41,245 nt of DNA from Chrysochromulina tobinii. Lineage: Eukaryota. Of the stretch, positions 11,355 to 22,898 are shown in pieces. How positions within the stretch are numbered: position 1 is the first letter of the stretch; each line of letters opens with the position of its first letter. A program made the translations under genes and the position numbers. The notes below the pieces were generated by a model. The model saw only the letters and a list, made by a program, of their open reading frames with translations, ran no database searches and was not told the DNA's origin. The stretch spans positions 1 through 41,245 of the forward strand of contig JWZX01003369.1 in NCBI GenBank assembly GCA_001275005.1, given 5' to 3'.

Positions 11355-12115
11355 GACCGGACGTGAGTGCGCAACTCGCGGCTCGCGCTTACCGGGTATG
11401 TTAACGTTATCGTAAGCATTTCATCACATGTTTCATCATGACACTCCGTGTCAATGGTTAGTAGAAAATGCACAGTGGTCGTGAAACTAAGTCAAAGTGC
11501 GTTTACGGTCTCGTTCGAGCCTGCAGCCTCGCCGCAACTCTCCGTTCCGAGCGAGTCTCGCGTGTCCGCTCCGCCTGACCGCCGCCTCGCGGGCGAGGCG
11601 TGGAGTCTCCCGCTCGTCTCCTCTGGCGGCCGCGGGGCGTAGGCGCGTATACGGTCTACGGTGCCCTGTGACGTTCGACACCGGGAGGGGACGCACACCC
11701 GACCGCATGCGGATGCCACACCGCACACCGAGACTCCCTTCGTTCCCAAGCGCCCCAACAGAAGGTGACACTTTATTTGCCGTCCTTTAACGATTCATCG
11801 TAAAGTCGTATCCGTTTTCATTACGATCGACAGGGCCAACACACGCGACACGGGGCCCCAACCATGGCCCCAACGGGCGGGGCCCACGCGCCTCGAAAGG
11901 GGCAAATGCCACATGCGCCCGCACGCGCAGGCCATGTCGAGCGGCGAGCGCCCGGGCACCCATGCCGGGCACCCCTGTACATCCGCCAATCTCTCTGTGA
12001 GTGTGTGGTCAGGGGCTACCATCTACGATCTACCATGAAATCCTACACAGCCCATCTTGCATCTAGTACACACATTCCATGCCTGACGAACATGCCATCC
12101 TACACAGCCCAGCCC

Positions 12116-13150
12116 TTACTCGCGGTCGATGTGGAGGACGTACGAGTCGGAGTAAGTGCTCACAAAGGGCCGCCAGCCGCCATGTAGCAAGTAATCTCCG
12201 TCCCCGAGGGGCGTGAGCGTCGCAGCGTTTCGTGGGCCTGGAGCGTCGGTTGCATCCTCCGGCAGCAACAGTTTCCACGCGCCGTTGCCGTCGCTTCCGA
12301 GCGTGAAAGCCCACAAGTCCGAGCGCGGCAGGAGGCCGTTGGCGCTCGACTCGGCGCCGCCGTACACGAGCATGCCACCGCCGCCAGGCAGCGGCGCCGC
12401 GCACGCGCCTGCACGTGCCGAGGGACACTGGGCGCTTCCCTGCTCAAGAGGACGCCACGCCCAGGTCTGGACGTCCAGGGCGAAGCAGTCGTTGACCATG
12501 GTGCCGGCCTTGGCCGCGCCGCCGAAGATAAGCATCGTCCGATCGTCCGCTGCCACCGCCACGTGCAGCCCTCTCGACGACGGCGGAGTGCCGGTCGTCG
12601 GCTGCACGCGGAGGGCGCGGCTCGCTGCATCCCACACGAGGATCGAATCGAGGCAGCGGAAGGTGTGGACGATGATGAGGCCACCGACGTTGACGGCGCA
12701 GTGACGGCTCGTGGGTCCACGGGGCATGGCGGCGGCACACCGCGTCCAGTCGTTCGTCTTGAGGTCGAGAGACCAAATGTCATCCAAAATCACGCCGCCA
12801 CTGCCAGGCACTTTAGGGTCCCAGCCACCAAAGAGGAGCAGCTCATCGCTCGTCGCAGCCGCTGCCGAGGCCAAGCGCGCTCCAGGCTGCTGTCCTCCGC
12901 TCGAGGGCGGCTGCAGCAGCCTCCAGCCACTGCTCTGCGAGTAGTTCAACAGGTCATTGGTGACATCTCGGGCGCCACCCTCGGGCTCCGCGTAGCCCCC
13001 GAAAAGCAGCACGCTACTAGCACCGGAAATGTAAGCGGCGGTGGCGCCCGAGCGTGGAGGCGTGGACGCAGGGAGACCGGCGGGTACGGCCTTCCAGGTC
13101 GCGGAGAACGTGACGCTGCAGACGAGGCCGGGGAAGAAGATGCTCGACAT
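12116..13150 (-). CDS. Kelch-repeat beta-propeller protein
   Basis: Repeated PxxRxxxxA...LLFGG...D(I/L)W..D...W units (LLFGGY, LLFGGW, LIFGGA, LVYGGA, LLHGGW). Confidence 0.88.
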   Translation of the reverse strand: MSSIFFPGLVCSVTFSATWKAVPAGLPASTPPRSGATAAYISGASSVLLFGGYAEPEGGARDVTNDLLNYSQSSGWRLLQPPSSGGQQPGARLASAAAATSDELLLFGGWDPKVPGSGGVILDDIWSLDLKTNDWTRCAAAMPRGPTSRHCAVNVGGLIIVHTFRCLDSILVWDAASRALRVQPTTGTPPSSRGLHVAVAADDRTMLIFGGAAKAGTMVNDCFALDVQTWAWRPLEQGSAQCPSARAGACAAPLPGGGGMLVYGGAESSANGLLPRSDLWAFTLGSDGNGAWKLLLPEDATDAPGPRNAATLTPLGDGDYLLHGGWRPFVSTYSDSYVLHIDRE

Positions 13151-13406
13151 CCCCGTCTCGTTGTTGTCGTCGGCGGACGGACGGCCAGCCCCCTGCGTTC
13201 AACGCTGCGGTGAAAGGAAGTGTGAATGAAACTGTGAACATATCAACCCGACGACACGCGAATCAGCAATCCGACGCGGGTGTGCTCATGTCATGTGGAC
13301 AGAGATAGGAAATTTCTCAAGTTTAAACATGCTGACCCTAGGGTGCGTGCGTATGGTCCGGTCACCAAAAGCAAACTTTCCTAGTAGACTAGCAGCGCTG
13401 GATAAT

Positions 13407-14213
13407 TTAAATGATCCTGCGCAATACGCACTCCGCGACCTCGAAGCTATCTCCCTGCCGCGTCGCAAGAGCAATCGTTGTGCGTTCCGTTCGCTCGATC
13501 GCAAACAAGGGCGCTCCCGCCGCAGCACTCTCCTCAGTCGACGAGCAGAGCAGCTCCAGGAGCGCTGATCGGCGAGCATCCTTGTAAGGCCGGTCGGCAT
13601 TATCGAAGAGCAGTACGATGCCACCAGGCCGCACGGCTTTCTCGAGCACTTTCGCGAGCAGCGGCGGCGCACTCTCGTCGTAGATGATGTCAGCAGCCAG
13701 CACCACATCGTACTCACCGTGCTGCCATCCGTGCGACCAGTCGCTGGTTCTTGTCTGCACCGTGCAAGTGTTTTCGGCTGCATTGGCAGCAGCATAGAGT
13801 GCCGCGTCGGGCTCGCGATCCGTCGCGACCACTTCCGATGCGCCAGCGAGGGCCGCACAGACGGAGGCGAAGCCGAGGCCAGCTCCCAGCTCGAGGACGC
13901 GCTGGCCCGCCACCAATTCTGGCTCAGAAAGTACCCGCTCACCTGCTGCGACTGCGCTTGGCCACACTTGCGCCCAGTACGCTGGTCTGTCCGCGAGAAG
14001 CTCGCAGCAGCGCTCCTCCATCACCTCATCGTACCGGTCTGGGTCTGCTGCTGCTGCCGCGTGCGCGCTCGCCATGACTGCTTCCATCACCTCATCATCG
14101 CTCGGCGCAAGTACTGCTACCGTGCGTCCGGCTAGTGAGACGTGTTGCACAGCGCTCAGCTTAGGGTTTAACCGGACCGCCGCAAGTACATGTACCACGA
14201 GCACAGAATTCAT
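13407..14213 (-). CDS. Class I SAM-dependent protein methyltransferase, METTL21/Methyltransf_16 family
   Basis: YWAQVWPSA, VLELGAGLG (motif I), VVATD and DVVLAADIIYD (DxxY motif). First ATG at 14213. Confidence 0.87.
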   Translation of the reverse strand: MNSVLVVHVLAAVRLNPKLSAVQHVSLAGRTVAVLAPSDDEVMEAVMASAHAAAAADPDRYDEVMEERCCELLADRPAYWAQVWPSAVAAGERVLSEPELVAGQRVLELGAGLGFASVCAALAGASEVVATDREPDAALYAAANAAENTCTVQTRTSDWSHGWQHGEYDVVLAADIIYDESAPPLLAKVLEKAVRPGGIVLLFDNADRPYKDARRSALLELLCSSTEESAAAGAPLFAIERTERTTIALATRQGDSFEVAECVLRRII

Positions 14214-14457
14214 GATTGAGGAGTTGCGAACCGACAAGTTCCGACCGACATGAACACACAAACAGTGCCGTAGCACCGGCTGTCGCGTCTGTCGTGTTAA
14301 CGTTCACGCACACACAAATGAATGAGAAGAGACGATTCCGAGATGTCGTTTGGATCTGAGAGGTGGAGTCAGAGTGTCGCATTTCGAGAACTTTTTACTT
14401 GAGAAGGCAATCTCGAAATTCACTGGAGGCAACAAGGACAACTCGGCGAATCTCGCA

Positions 14458-17144
14458 ATGAACATCGTGGTTACCAGCTTGACCCTCGTCGCCGCGACCG
14501 GTAGCACGCATAGAGCGCCGCATGGTGCCAAACAGCTCCACGATGATGGGTTTGCCCATCTGCGCGAGCGTTCGCTGGTGGAAGCTCGAGAGCTGCTCAG
14601 GCAAGCAGAGAGCCTCCATCCATCAGCGCCTCATACGCAGCTGCTGCGTGGCCACTGCGCAATGGCAGACCGAAACCTCGATGCTGCCTTAGATGCGTAT
14701 GAGCAGGCTGACCAGTCGACATTCAAACTTAGGACAACCGCATCAGATGAGCAGGCGTGCACCGCAAGCGCGGATGTGCACCATGCGTTTGGCCGGCTAT
14801 TCCGCAACCAGGAGCGTTGGGCGGAGGCAGATGTGCGCTATGAAGCCGCCCGAAAGCTGCTGCCCTCTTCGATGGCCTTGGAAGAGGAGGGACTCTTTGC
14901 GCGCGGCAAGCGTCTCCTCGTGGACGACGCGCCAGCGGAAGCAGCTGTTGCGTTCGAACGCGGATTGGCGCTGTCATCGGCGCCATGGCGCCCCCACTTC
15001 GCTCTGCAATGTGCGCACGCGCACGGGCTGTGCGGCGACCTGGACGCGGCGCTCGAGCATTACGAGGCCGCTCTGCGCCTGCATGCGCTCCCCAGCCGTT
15101 CTCAGCTTCCCTCGTTGCTGAGCACGCTCGCCGTCCATCATGAGAAGCTACACGACCTCGACGCGGCAAGCCGCTTCTTGCGCGCCGCGTGCAATCTGTG
15201 GTGTGCGTCCATTGGCGACGAGCCGCCGCCGTCACGGACGGCGGCAGGGAGTGAACCGCACGCTTCGGAAGTACGCGCGGCGACAGCCATGACCCACATC
15301 AAGGTGGCACGTGCGCTCGAGGGCTTGTATGCGCTCACTGGCACCTCTTCCTCGACCGCGAATCTGACGAATCTGACGACTCTGACGACTCTGACGACTC
15401 TGCGCGCCCTGGACGAGATCGTCGAGCTGCCACCCGGGTTGGAGGCAGCAGCGGCTCACTACCGCAAGGCCATCGAGCTGCACCCGCGGCTGGCGGCGGC
15501 GTACGATGGGCTCGCCACACTCCTGCTGGGCACATCTCGGCTGGCCAACTTTGGCGCGCCCTCTGCGGCGGCTCTCAACACAGACGAAGCACTCTCGCTA
15601 CTCCAGACGGCCGCGTCGCTCGCGGCGAGCGCACAGCCGGCAACAGCCACAGCGGGAGCCGCTGCCGCTGCCATCCCTTCCACAGCCACCCCTCCCACAC
15701 CTGCCATCCTTTCCACAGCCACCAAGGAGCGCGCTGCCGCAGATGAGCAGCGACGGCTGCATCTCGACGCGATCTTCTCGACAAGATCGGAGGTGGCGCA
15801 TTGGAGAGCGATCGTCGCCAACTTGACACTCAAGGGGGCTGCTGCTCAGAGGCACACGCCAGCCCGCCCTCACGCCTCTGCAAACGCCCGGCCGGCACGG
15901 GGTGCGTGGCAAGTGCCCGAAGCGTTGAAGCACGCGCGAGTTGTGGCGCGACGGCGGGTGGCGACTGCGCCCGAACTCATGGCGCTCATCAAAGCGCGAG
16001 CACCGGTGGTGCTCACGAACCTGCAGCGAGACGCTGGGTTTGCCTCGGGGGATGCGTGGAGCGCTCATCAGCTAGCTGCCCTCGCCGGCGAGCGCATTGT
16101 CAAGGTGAGTATCTCGCAGAGCGGTCGGTTCGATGGGTCGGAGGATGGCTCGCTGTGGGGACTTTCCGAGGGGCAAGATGTTCTGGTGAGGACGACACAG
16201 ATGCACCTTGCAGCTGATTACCACTGCTTACCACTGCTTACCACTGCTTACCACTGCTTACCACTGCTTACCACTCCTGATGGCCACTGATGACCACTGA
16301 TGACCACTGATGACCACGACACAATGCACATTGCAGCTGCGTGGCATGCTCGTCTCGGTGGCCGCTGAGTGCCGCTGATTGTGTTGGATGCAGGTGCGGC
16401 CACCCGAGACGCACATGCAGTTGCGTGACCTGCTCGCGTTGCTCTCGCTAGAAGAGCCTCCCGCCCATTTCTATCTCGAGTACAACGCACTGCACCAGTA
16501 CTTGGGGAAGCCGCTCCGCGAGATGGTGCCTTGCCCGCCTCAGGCATCCCTCCTCCGTCCGCTGCTGACGAACCTTTGGCTGGGCAAAGGCGCCACTACC
16601 TCGCCGCTGCATTATGATGAGTACGAGAACCTGCTCTGTCAGGTGCGATGGCGCGCGGAGCTTCTGATGGCCACTGATGGCCTCTGATGGCCACTGATGG
16701 CTTCTGATGGCTTATGATGGCCACTGATGGCCACTGATGGCCACTGATGGCCTCGCTCATCAGGTGCGAGGGCGCAAGGAGATCCTCCTCTTCCCGCCCG
16801 AGGACCTTCCTCTTCTCGAGTATCGCGCGCGGCCCAAGGGCGTGATGCGCTATGAGTACCCGGACCGCTTCACACGTGTTCCGCTGTCCGCCGAGGCGAG
16901 GGCGACCAAGGTCCTCTTTGCCGCGTCGATCAACATGACCCATCCAGACCGGCCGAGGAAGCGGGCCCTCGAGCAGTGCTCTCCGCTGCGCTGCACACTC
17001 CAGCCTGGGGAGACGCTGCTGCTCCCAGCTTATTGGCATCATGAGGTCTACTCGCACCCTGCCGAGCCCGATGGCGAGGGGTTGAATGTGGCGGTCAATT
17101 TCTGGTTCAGAAACGAATCCGCACCGCCCGCATACTATGCGTGA
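14458..17144 (+). CDS. TPR-repeat plus JmjC (Cupin_8, JMJD7/JMJD5-like) 2-oxoglutarate oxygenase; exons 14458-16185, 16394-16642, 16764-17144
   Basis: TPR helices (ALEHYEAALRL, HYRKAIELHPRLAAAYDGLA). After splicing: NLWLG..TTSPLHYDEYENLLCQVRGRKEILLFPP...PGETLLLPAYWHHEV, with an HxD...H iron triad. Confidence 0.85.
16221..16316 (+). repeat. Intronic 10-nt tandem repeats (CCACTGCTTA x5, then CCACTGATGA x3) in intron 16186-16393
   Basis: Read directly from the sequence. Confidence 0.95.
16661..16750 (+). repeat. Intronic 10-nt tandem repeat (CCACTGATGG variants x9) in intron 16643-16763
   Basis: Read directly from the sequence. Confidence 0.95.
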
Positions 17145-17507
17145 GCCCGCCGACGTCGTACTGGTACTCAACAGTGTTCGCGGTGTTGCTTGTTTTGAAC
17201 ACTGTTGAAACTCAAAACTCGGAAAACTGCTGATACGTGATAGCAAGCGGCTGGTAACACCCCGTTCTCGTGCCCGTTTCTCGTGCCCGTACCCCGGCTA
17301 CCCCCCCAAACCCTCTGCACTATCGGTGCACACTGTACCGCTCTCCTCTGGGCTCTCCTCCGAACCCGGTCCCCATTCACACTCTACCGCGTGAACAATT
17401 TCTGGGCATGGTGTGCGCTTTGAGCCGCGATCGGACGACGTCCGCCTCCGCCCGTACTGGCTGGAGAAAGTTTTGTGCGACGGCGTCGGGTTGGTGTTCC
17501 TCTCAGG

Positions 17508-18290
17508 ATGGTGCTGCACGAGGAGGGCTTCATAGTATGCTGCTCACTATGCGACACATATTTCGTGGTCGTCACCGGAGTGATGGCGCCATCGCAGCAC
17601 AACGGGCGCGAGGGCAAGAAGCAGCTCGATGAGCGCAACGAGAAGAAGCAGCTTGAATGGGCAGCAAGGCGCTGGACGATGCTTCGGTGCCCCACATGCG
17701 TCGAGCTTTTGATGGGCATGCAGATTCTTGAATACATTGAGCGGCACGTACGCGACAGCGACAGTCTCACACCACTCTCGCTTTGCTTTGTGGTCAGCTT
17801 TGAGGAGTCACAGCCGCCGCCGTTGTACCTGAATCATCATCCGCAGGGCGAAGCCGGCAAGCCGAAATGGCGTCTGGCCTCGGGCGTTGGGCCCGCCGGG
17901 CTCGAGCTCGACAATTCCCGGAGCGGGCGGCTGTGGAAGCCGAGCCTCAGGCCTTTTGGCATCGACAGGCCGCGTTACGAGGCGAGCGAGGAGGCGAGGT
18001 CGAGTGACGCCGCCGCCGTCCATGCGGAGGTAGTCAGGCGCGTGGAGACCGCATTTGAGGTTGCGGCGGAGTGCAGCGGGGCCGCAGCAGTAGACGCGCT
18101 CGCCGAGGAGTTGCACGCGGAACGACCTCTCTTTGCTTGCTGGAAAACTTTGGAGGAGCGGCTCGCCGCGACTGTGCAGGCGCATCGAGACGATGAGGAG
18201 GCGCGACGAGCGATGGAGTCACTCGCGGTGGCACCACCACCACAGCTGCCTCCGGATGACGATGACCCCATGATGGTGGGCTTTTGGTAG
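17508..18290 (+). CDS. Hypothetical protein with two CxxC motifs
   Basis: 260-codon ORF from ATG 17508 with protein-like composition, containing CSLC and CPTC. The 5' end is uncertain because CTCAG|GATG could be a splice acceptor. Confidence 0.55.
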   Translation: MVLHEEGFIVCCSLCDTYFVVVTGVMAPSQHNGREGKKQLDERNEKKQLEWAARRWTMLRCPTCVELLMGMQILEYIERHVRDSDSLTPLSLCFVVSFEESQPPPLYLNHHPQGEAGKPKWRLASGVGPAGLELDNSRSGRLWKPSLRPFGIDRPRYEASEEARSSDAAAVHAEVVRRVETAFEVAAECSGAAAVDALAEELHAERPLFACWKTLEERLAATVQAHRDDEEARRAMESLAVAPPPQLPPDDDDPMMVGFW

Positions 18291-18555
18291 CTGCTGAGAG
18301 GTATGTACTCGAGTAATGTGGCTCAGCCTGGCTCAAATTCGAAAGTGCTTGCTCGCTGCATCTTCGTCCGTTGCCTCGACTATACATGAAACATGATTGT
18401 ATACACGACAGCGACACGTACATACGGTATAGTAGGCGCTAGAAGCGCCATGACTGTCCGTGAACGCGGTAAAGCGCCCTAAAAGCGAACAAAGCCCCGC
18501 GTGGTACCCGCGCTACGCACATCCTTGCGTCCCACATGCTCGTGACAGAGCGTGA

Positions 18556-18789
18556 TCATATAAGCTTACGGCCGCGCTCGTTCGGTTCTCGCCCTCTACA
18601 TGCTCTTGCTCTCTAAATCTATGTATGCTTGTATGGAGACTATTCTGTATTTTGGCACACACCTTTCACCTTGGACCTTGCTCCTTCCACTCCGTGAGCT
18701 AAGACCAGAATTCCAAATTATGCCCAATGTTATTTTCGAACCTCTACTACACGTCGGGCTGCACGTACTGAATCGGTACGTAAGACTAG
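18556..18789 (+). mobile_element. Possible non-autonomous Helitron-like element
   Basis: AT-rich intergenic block beginning A|TC and ending CTAG|T, with a hairpin ACGTACTG-AAT-CGGTACGT just before CTAG. Single copy in this window. Confidence 0.2.
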
Positions 18790-19003
18790 TAGCAAAAAGA
18801 CTACAGAAACTGCGCGCGCGCGCGCGAGGCCCTCAGAGGCCCTTGCCTCTTTGAGTCGCGCTTTCCGCGTTACTTTACCGGTACTTACCGGTACGTACCG
18901 GTACAGAACGGTAAACTTTCATCGAACTGAACAGCTTCACCTCCGCTCGTGCCCTGAAACAGCGACGTCGCGCCTCGCAAGCACCTCGTCGTCGCGTCGC
19001 GAG

Positions 19004-20167
19004 ATGCAACTCGCAACGCCGAGGCCGCCTGCAGGACCGCCGCCCCGAGCACCAACGCCACGAACGCCTGCTGGGCCTGACGCAACTCAAACGCCTCTCT
19101 GGAGTACGTCAAGCTATGTTCCGTCAACGCCTGAGGAAAGAAGTGCCAGAAAAAAGACGGCACACCAACTGGTCCTCACCACAGAGACCCGCATCAAGGA
19201 GGAGGCGCTCGCGCATGCACGCAAGCTCTCAGCCCGTCGACAGCTCGATGCAAAGTCGCTCGCGCTGGCAACGGCAGAGCAGGAAGCATTGCTCAGTCAT
19301 GAAAGGCGGCTAGCCTTGGCGCCACGCCACGCGTCGACGGTCTCGTCGAAGACACCTTGGAGAGACGACATTGGCGAAATGGCGGCGCGCTCACGAGCTG
19401 TGATACTTGAAGCCCTCCGCGCGAGCCAGCGGCGCGAAGAAGCCGTGGCCAAATCTCTCGACGCGGAGCGAATCGAGCGGATTCTCGAGCTTCGCGACCG
19501 AGAACTCCGGGCTTCCCTGCGCGATGCTATGGCAAAGCGTCGTGCATTTGCACAGCAGCAAGAGGAGTGGCTAGAACATCAGCGGCTCATGGCGGCCGCT
19601 AAATCGCAAAAAATCGAAGGTGACCAGGAGGCAAAGGAGCGTGCGCGACTTGAGATCGAGGAGGCGGCGCTCGCCTTCAAAGCGAAGAGAGAGAAGCAGG
19701 TTGCAAAGCGCAAGGCGGAGTCTGCCGCCGCGAAAGAACGAGCCGAGAAGCGCAAGCAAGAATACCTGCGACAACGAGCTGAGGAGATGGCGAAGGATCA
19801 GAGTGCACGGAACGAACGCGAGGAGGTCCGCCAGTTCGAGCGCGCTGTCGAGCACGCCCGCCGCAAGCACATGGTGTACGAGGAGGCCGTCGTCAAGCTC
19901 GAACCTTTGGCGATTGCTCGTGAGCGGCTGGAGAAAAAGGCGGACCTGATCCGTGAAGAGGACGAGAACGCGCTGCTACCGGCAGCACTGATGGCGGACC
20001 TGGATCGTGCTGCCAAGCGGCACGAGGCCATGGTATCCCGTGTGCAGGACTTGAAGCTCGAGGCAGAGCGTGCGGCGAATGACGCAATCGCGATCAAGAA
20101 GCGCTCGGTAGCTGCCGCCGCGACGGCCGCCGCCGCTTCGTCTAAGCCGACCGAACCGCCAAAGTAG
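19004..20167 (+). CDS. E/K/R/A-rich coiled-coil protein
   Basis: First ATG at 19004. A Pro-rich N-terminus is followed by a long, nearly Pro/Gly-free charged helical region. Confidence 0.72.
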   Translation: MQLATPRPPAGPPPRAPTPRTPAGPDATQTPLWSTSSYVPSTPEERSARKKTAHQLVLTTETRIKEEALAHARKLSARRQLDAKSLALATAEQEALLSHERRLALAPRHASTVSSKTPWRDDIGEMAARSRAVILEALRASQRREEAVAKSLDAERIERILELRDRELRASLRDAMAKRRAFAQQQEEWLEHQRLMAAAKSQKIEGDQEAKERARLEIEEAALAFKAKREKQVAKRKAESAAAKERAEKRKQEYLRQRAEEMAKDQSARNEREEVRQFERAVEHARRKHMVYEEAVVKLEPLAIARERLEKKADLIREEDENALLPAALMADLDRAAKRHEAMVSRVQDLKLEAERAANDAIAIKKRSVAAAATAAAASSKPTEPPK

Positions 20168-20519
20168 AACGACGATCGACGAAAACGTGGACCTTTGGTT
20201 GATTTGACGATGATGATGTCGAGGTGACGAGCGGCTTGAGGGGCGAGCATGGAGGGGAGTTGAGAAGAGAGGGGGGGGGCTGTTTTCGGGTGCTGCAACT
20301 CCCTGTACATGATGGCAAGGCCGCTCGAGCCTCGTCGCGTTTGCAGCTTCCCGCCACCTCCCGTGAGCTGACACGAGGACGTGCACGAGGATCATGCGCG
20401 AATGAGGCTATGCTGCAATTATACTGCAGACCGGAGAGATAGGGGCGGGGGGGAGAGTATTGTATTAACAGAGGGGCACACGAGACCATTCACACTTTCG
20501 AGGGACCGCCTTTCGCGCA

Positions 20520-22434
20520 ATGGGGGGCGGAGTGCGAGGCGACGGCAAGAAGGTTGGCGTACTCGGCATGGTGGTCGTCGGCTTCTTCGTGGGTGCATGG
20601 TGGCATCTACGGCAACGAGTCCATGCTCATGGCCGGTCCGCCTCTGTATGTGTTCATCCTGCTGGGCGTGGTGCCCTTCGTCTACTCGCTGCCGATCGCG
20701 CTCATCGTGGCGGAGCTGAGCACCGCGTTCCCCGAGGACGGCGGCTACGTCGTGTGGGTGCAGGAGGCGTGCGGCAAGAATATTGGCTCGCATCACGCCT
20801 ACTGGGTGTGGGTGATCTACGTGGTTGATGCAGCCATCTACCCGGTGCTCGTGGCCAACTACGTCGATACGATGATGCCGATGAGCGCCACCGGGCGCAG
20901 TCTGTTCGCCGTGGCGATCGTGCTCGGCGTCACGCTCATCAACCTGAACGGCACCGACATGATGGTCAAGTTCAACACGCTCCTTGCCATCATCTCGCTC
21001 GTGCCCACGTTGATCTTCACAGCGCTCGGGCTGCCGAACACGACCTTCGAGCGGTGCGTGGTGAGCGAGGGCGACGTGGATTGGACGCTGCTGGTCTCCT
21101 GGACGCTCTGGCTCTACTGCGGCTTCTTCTCCCTGGGCACACTCGCCGGCGAGCTCGAGAATCCACGTCGCACCTTCATCATCGCGATTGCCATCCTCTT
21201 CCCCACAGTGCTGCTGCTCAACACGCTGCCTCTGGCCGTGGCGCTCGGGACCGACGACCGGCTCGAGCACTACACGGCAGGCTACTTCAACGTGCTCGCT
21301 GGCCGACTGGGCGGCCGGTGGCTCGACGGGGGCTTCCAGCTTGGCGCCAACGTACGCCACTGATGACCACTGATGACCAATGATGACCTGACGATGATGA
21401 CCACGGATGACCACGGATGACCACGGATGACCACTGATAGCCTCTGATCGGATCTCTGTGTGCGACAGGTGTGCCTCGTCGGGCTGTACAATGCCGCCGT
21501 GCTCACCGCAGAGCGCTCGCTCTTCTTTCTGGTGAACACGCAGTACGGCGCCGCGTGTCGAATCCGAGTGCTTCGTGATTGCAAATGATTGTACACGATT
21601 GCTCATATCTGAGTGAGCATGGTCGCGTCGGACTGCAGGTACGGCGATGCGCTGGACGCGTGGGCCGCGGATCGCGAGATGCACATGAGCGCAGGCGGCC
21701 GCATGCTGCGCTCCCTCGCCAGCTCGCAGACGGGCGTCGCGCCCCTCTTCATCCTTCTGAACGCTGCATGCGCGGCCGTGCTGGTCTGGATGCCGTATAC
21801 CTTGCTGGTCGAGTTCTCGATGCTGCTCTCGGTGCCTTCGATCCTCCTCTTCATGTGGTCCTTTGTGGCACTCCGCGTGCAGAGACCGTACGTCGAGCGC
21901 CCATTCCTCATACCAGGAGGACTACCCGTCGCCGTGCTGCTCACCATCGTGCCGGTCGCTGTGTCCATCGCTTACGCGGCCATCATCGCGACCGAGTCTG
22001 TGGAAAGCTCGTCGGAACGGCCGAGTGCGGAGGCGGCTGGCTCGGCGGGATTGCAAGCGGCATCGGAGGGCGGCTTGCCGCCCATATTCCAGGTAGCCTC
22101 AGCGCTCGGCGTCATCGGGCTCGGCCTCGTGGTCCATCTCATAGCGCACTATTGCAGCAGCAGCAGCAGCAGGGGGGAGGTAGTCAGCAGCAGCAGAGGG
22201 CACGGCGGCCGGCGCGGCGGCCGCAGCCTACACGACGACGATGGCTACGGCCTCACACACACGCCGCTGCCGAAGCCAAGCACTTCCAAGCCTTGGCCTC
22301 TGCCCACAGCCGTGGTGAGGGTGGTCCGCGGCCACGCGCACCACGCTGAGGAGCTCGAGGCCTTCAATGGCGCGACGCCGATGTCGCAGTCGCGCTCGCT
22401 CCTGCGCGAATATCGGCATAGAAGTACGTTATAG
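20520..22434 (+). CDS. APC-superfamily amino acid/polyamine transporter (PUT/LAT-like); exons 20520-21351 (extra G at 20589), 21469-21542, 21639-22434
   Basis: KKVGVLGMVVVGFF+WVHGGIYGNE (TM1 GG motif), YSLPIALIVAELSTAFPEDGGYVVWV, GELENPRRTF and RPFLIPGG. Two GT-AG introns restore the frame. Confidence 0.87.
21357..21448 (+). repeat. Intronic 10-nt tandem repeat (CCACTGATGA/CCACGGATGA) in intron 21352-21468
   Basis: Read directly from the sequence. Confidence 0.93.
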
Positions 22435-22898
22435 GAAGACGAATAGCATTAGGTCCGCGACGGTTCGCTCACGGTCGAAGTCTTCTCGACAGCTCGACCC
22501 AGTCGAGAGAGGGACCGTACGCGACGTGACTCGACCCGGGCGACGCCGACGGGGGTGCGCGCCGCGTGCCGCGTCGGTGTCACGTCAGTGTAATTTGATT
22601 GGGTACGCGGATGAGGGATGTCCGCGACCGGTGTATAGAGTCTTAAATAGAGACAGTGTGGAATCCGAGAATACGATAAAAACTTACAACTTATGGATAC
22701 ATTTCAGGTGGGTGCGAATCAGACTGTGCTGCCGGCTGTCGGGGTGTGCGGCTGTGCGCTGAGAACGCGTGCGGGTCAGTCGCGAGTCGCGGGCACGCGC
22801 GTGATATGAGGGAGAGGGGCGGCCAGTCCCGGTGAGCGCGTTTGATGTGCCCCATGCGCCCTCGCACGCCTCCTCTCTTCTCGGGGGGCCCCGCGGCT

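Noticed and set aside
12040..12111. 15-nt direct repeat ATCCTACACAGCCCA in the Kelch 3' region
   Set aside because: An isolated small duplication with no further structure.
15361..15402. 9-nt repeat containing CTGAC as another repeat-filled intron
   Set aside because: It is in frame (NLTNLTTLTTLTTL) and no convincing donor/acceptor pair was found. Treated as a coding microsatellite.
18875..18904. Repeated TACCGGTAC palindromes upstream of the coiled-coil gene
   Set aside because: Only three short copies. Could be regulatory, but there is no supporting evidence.
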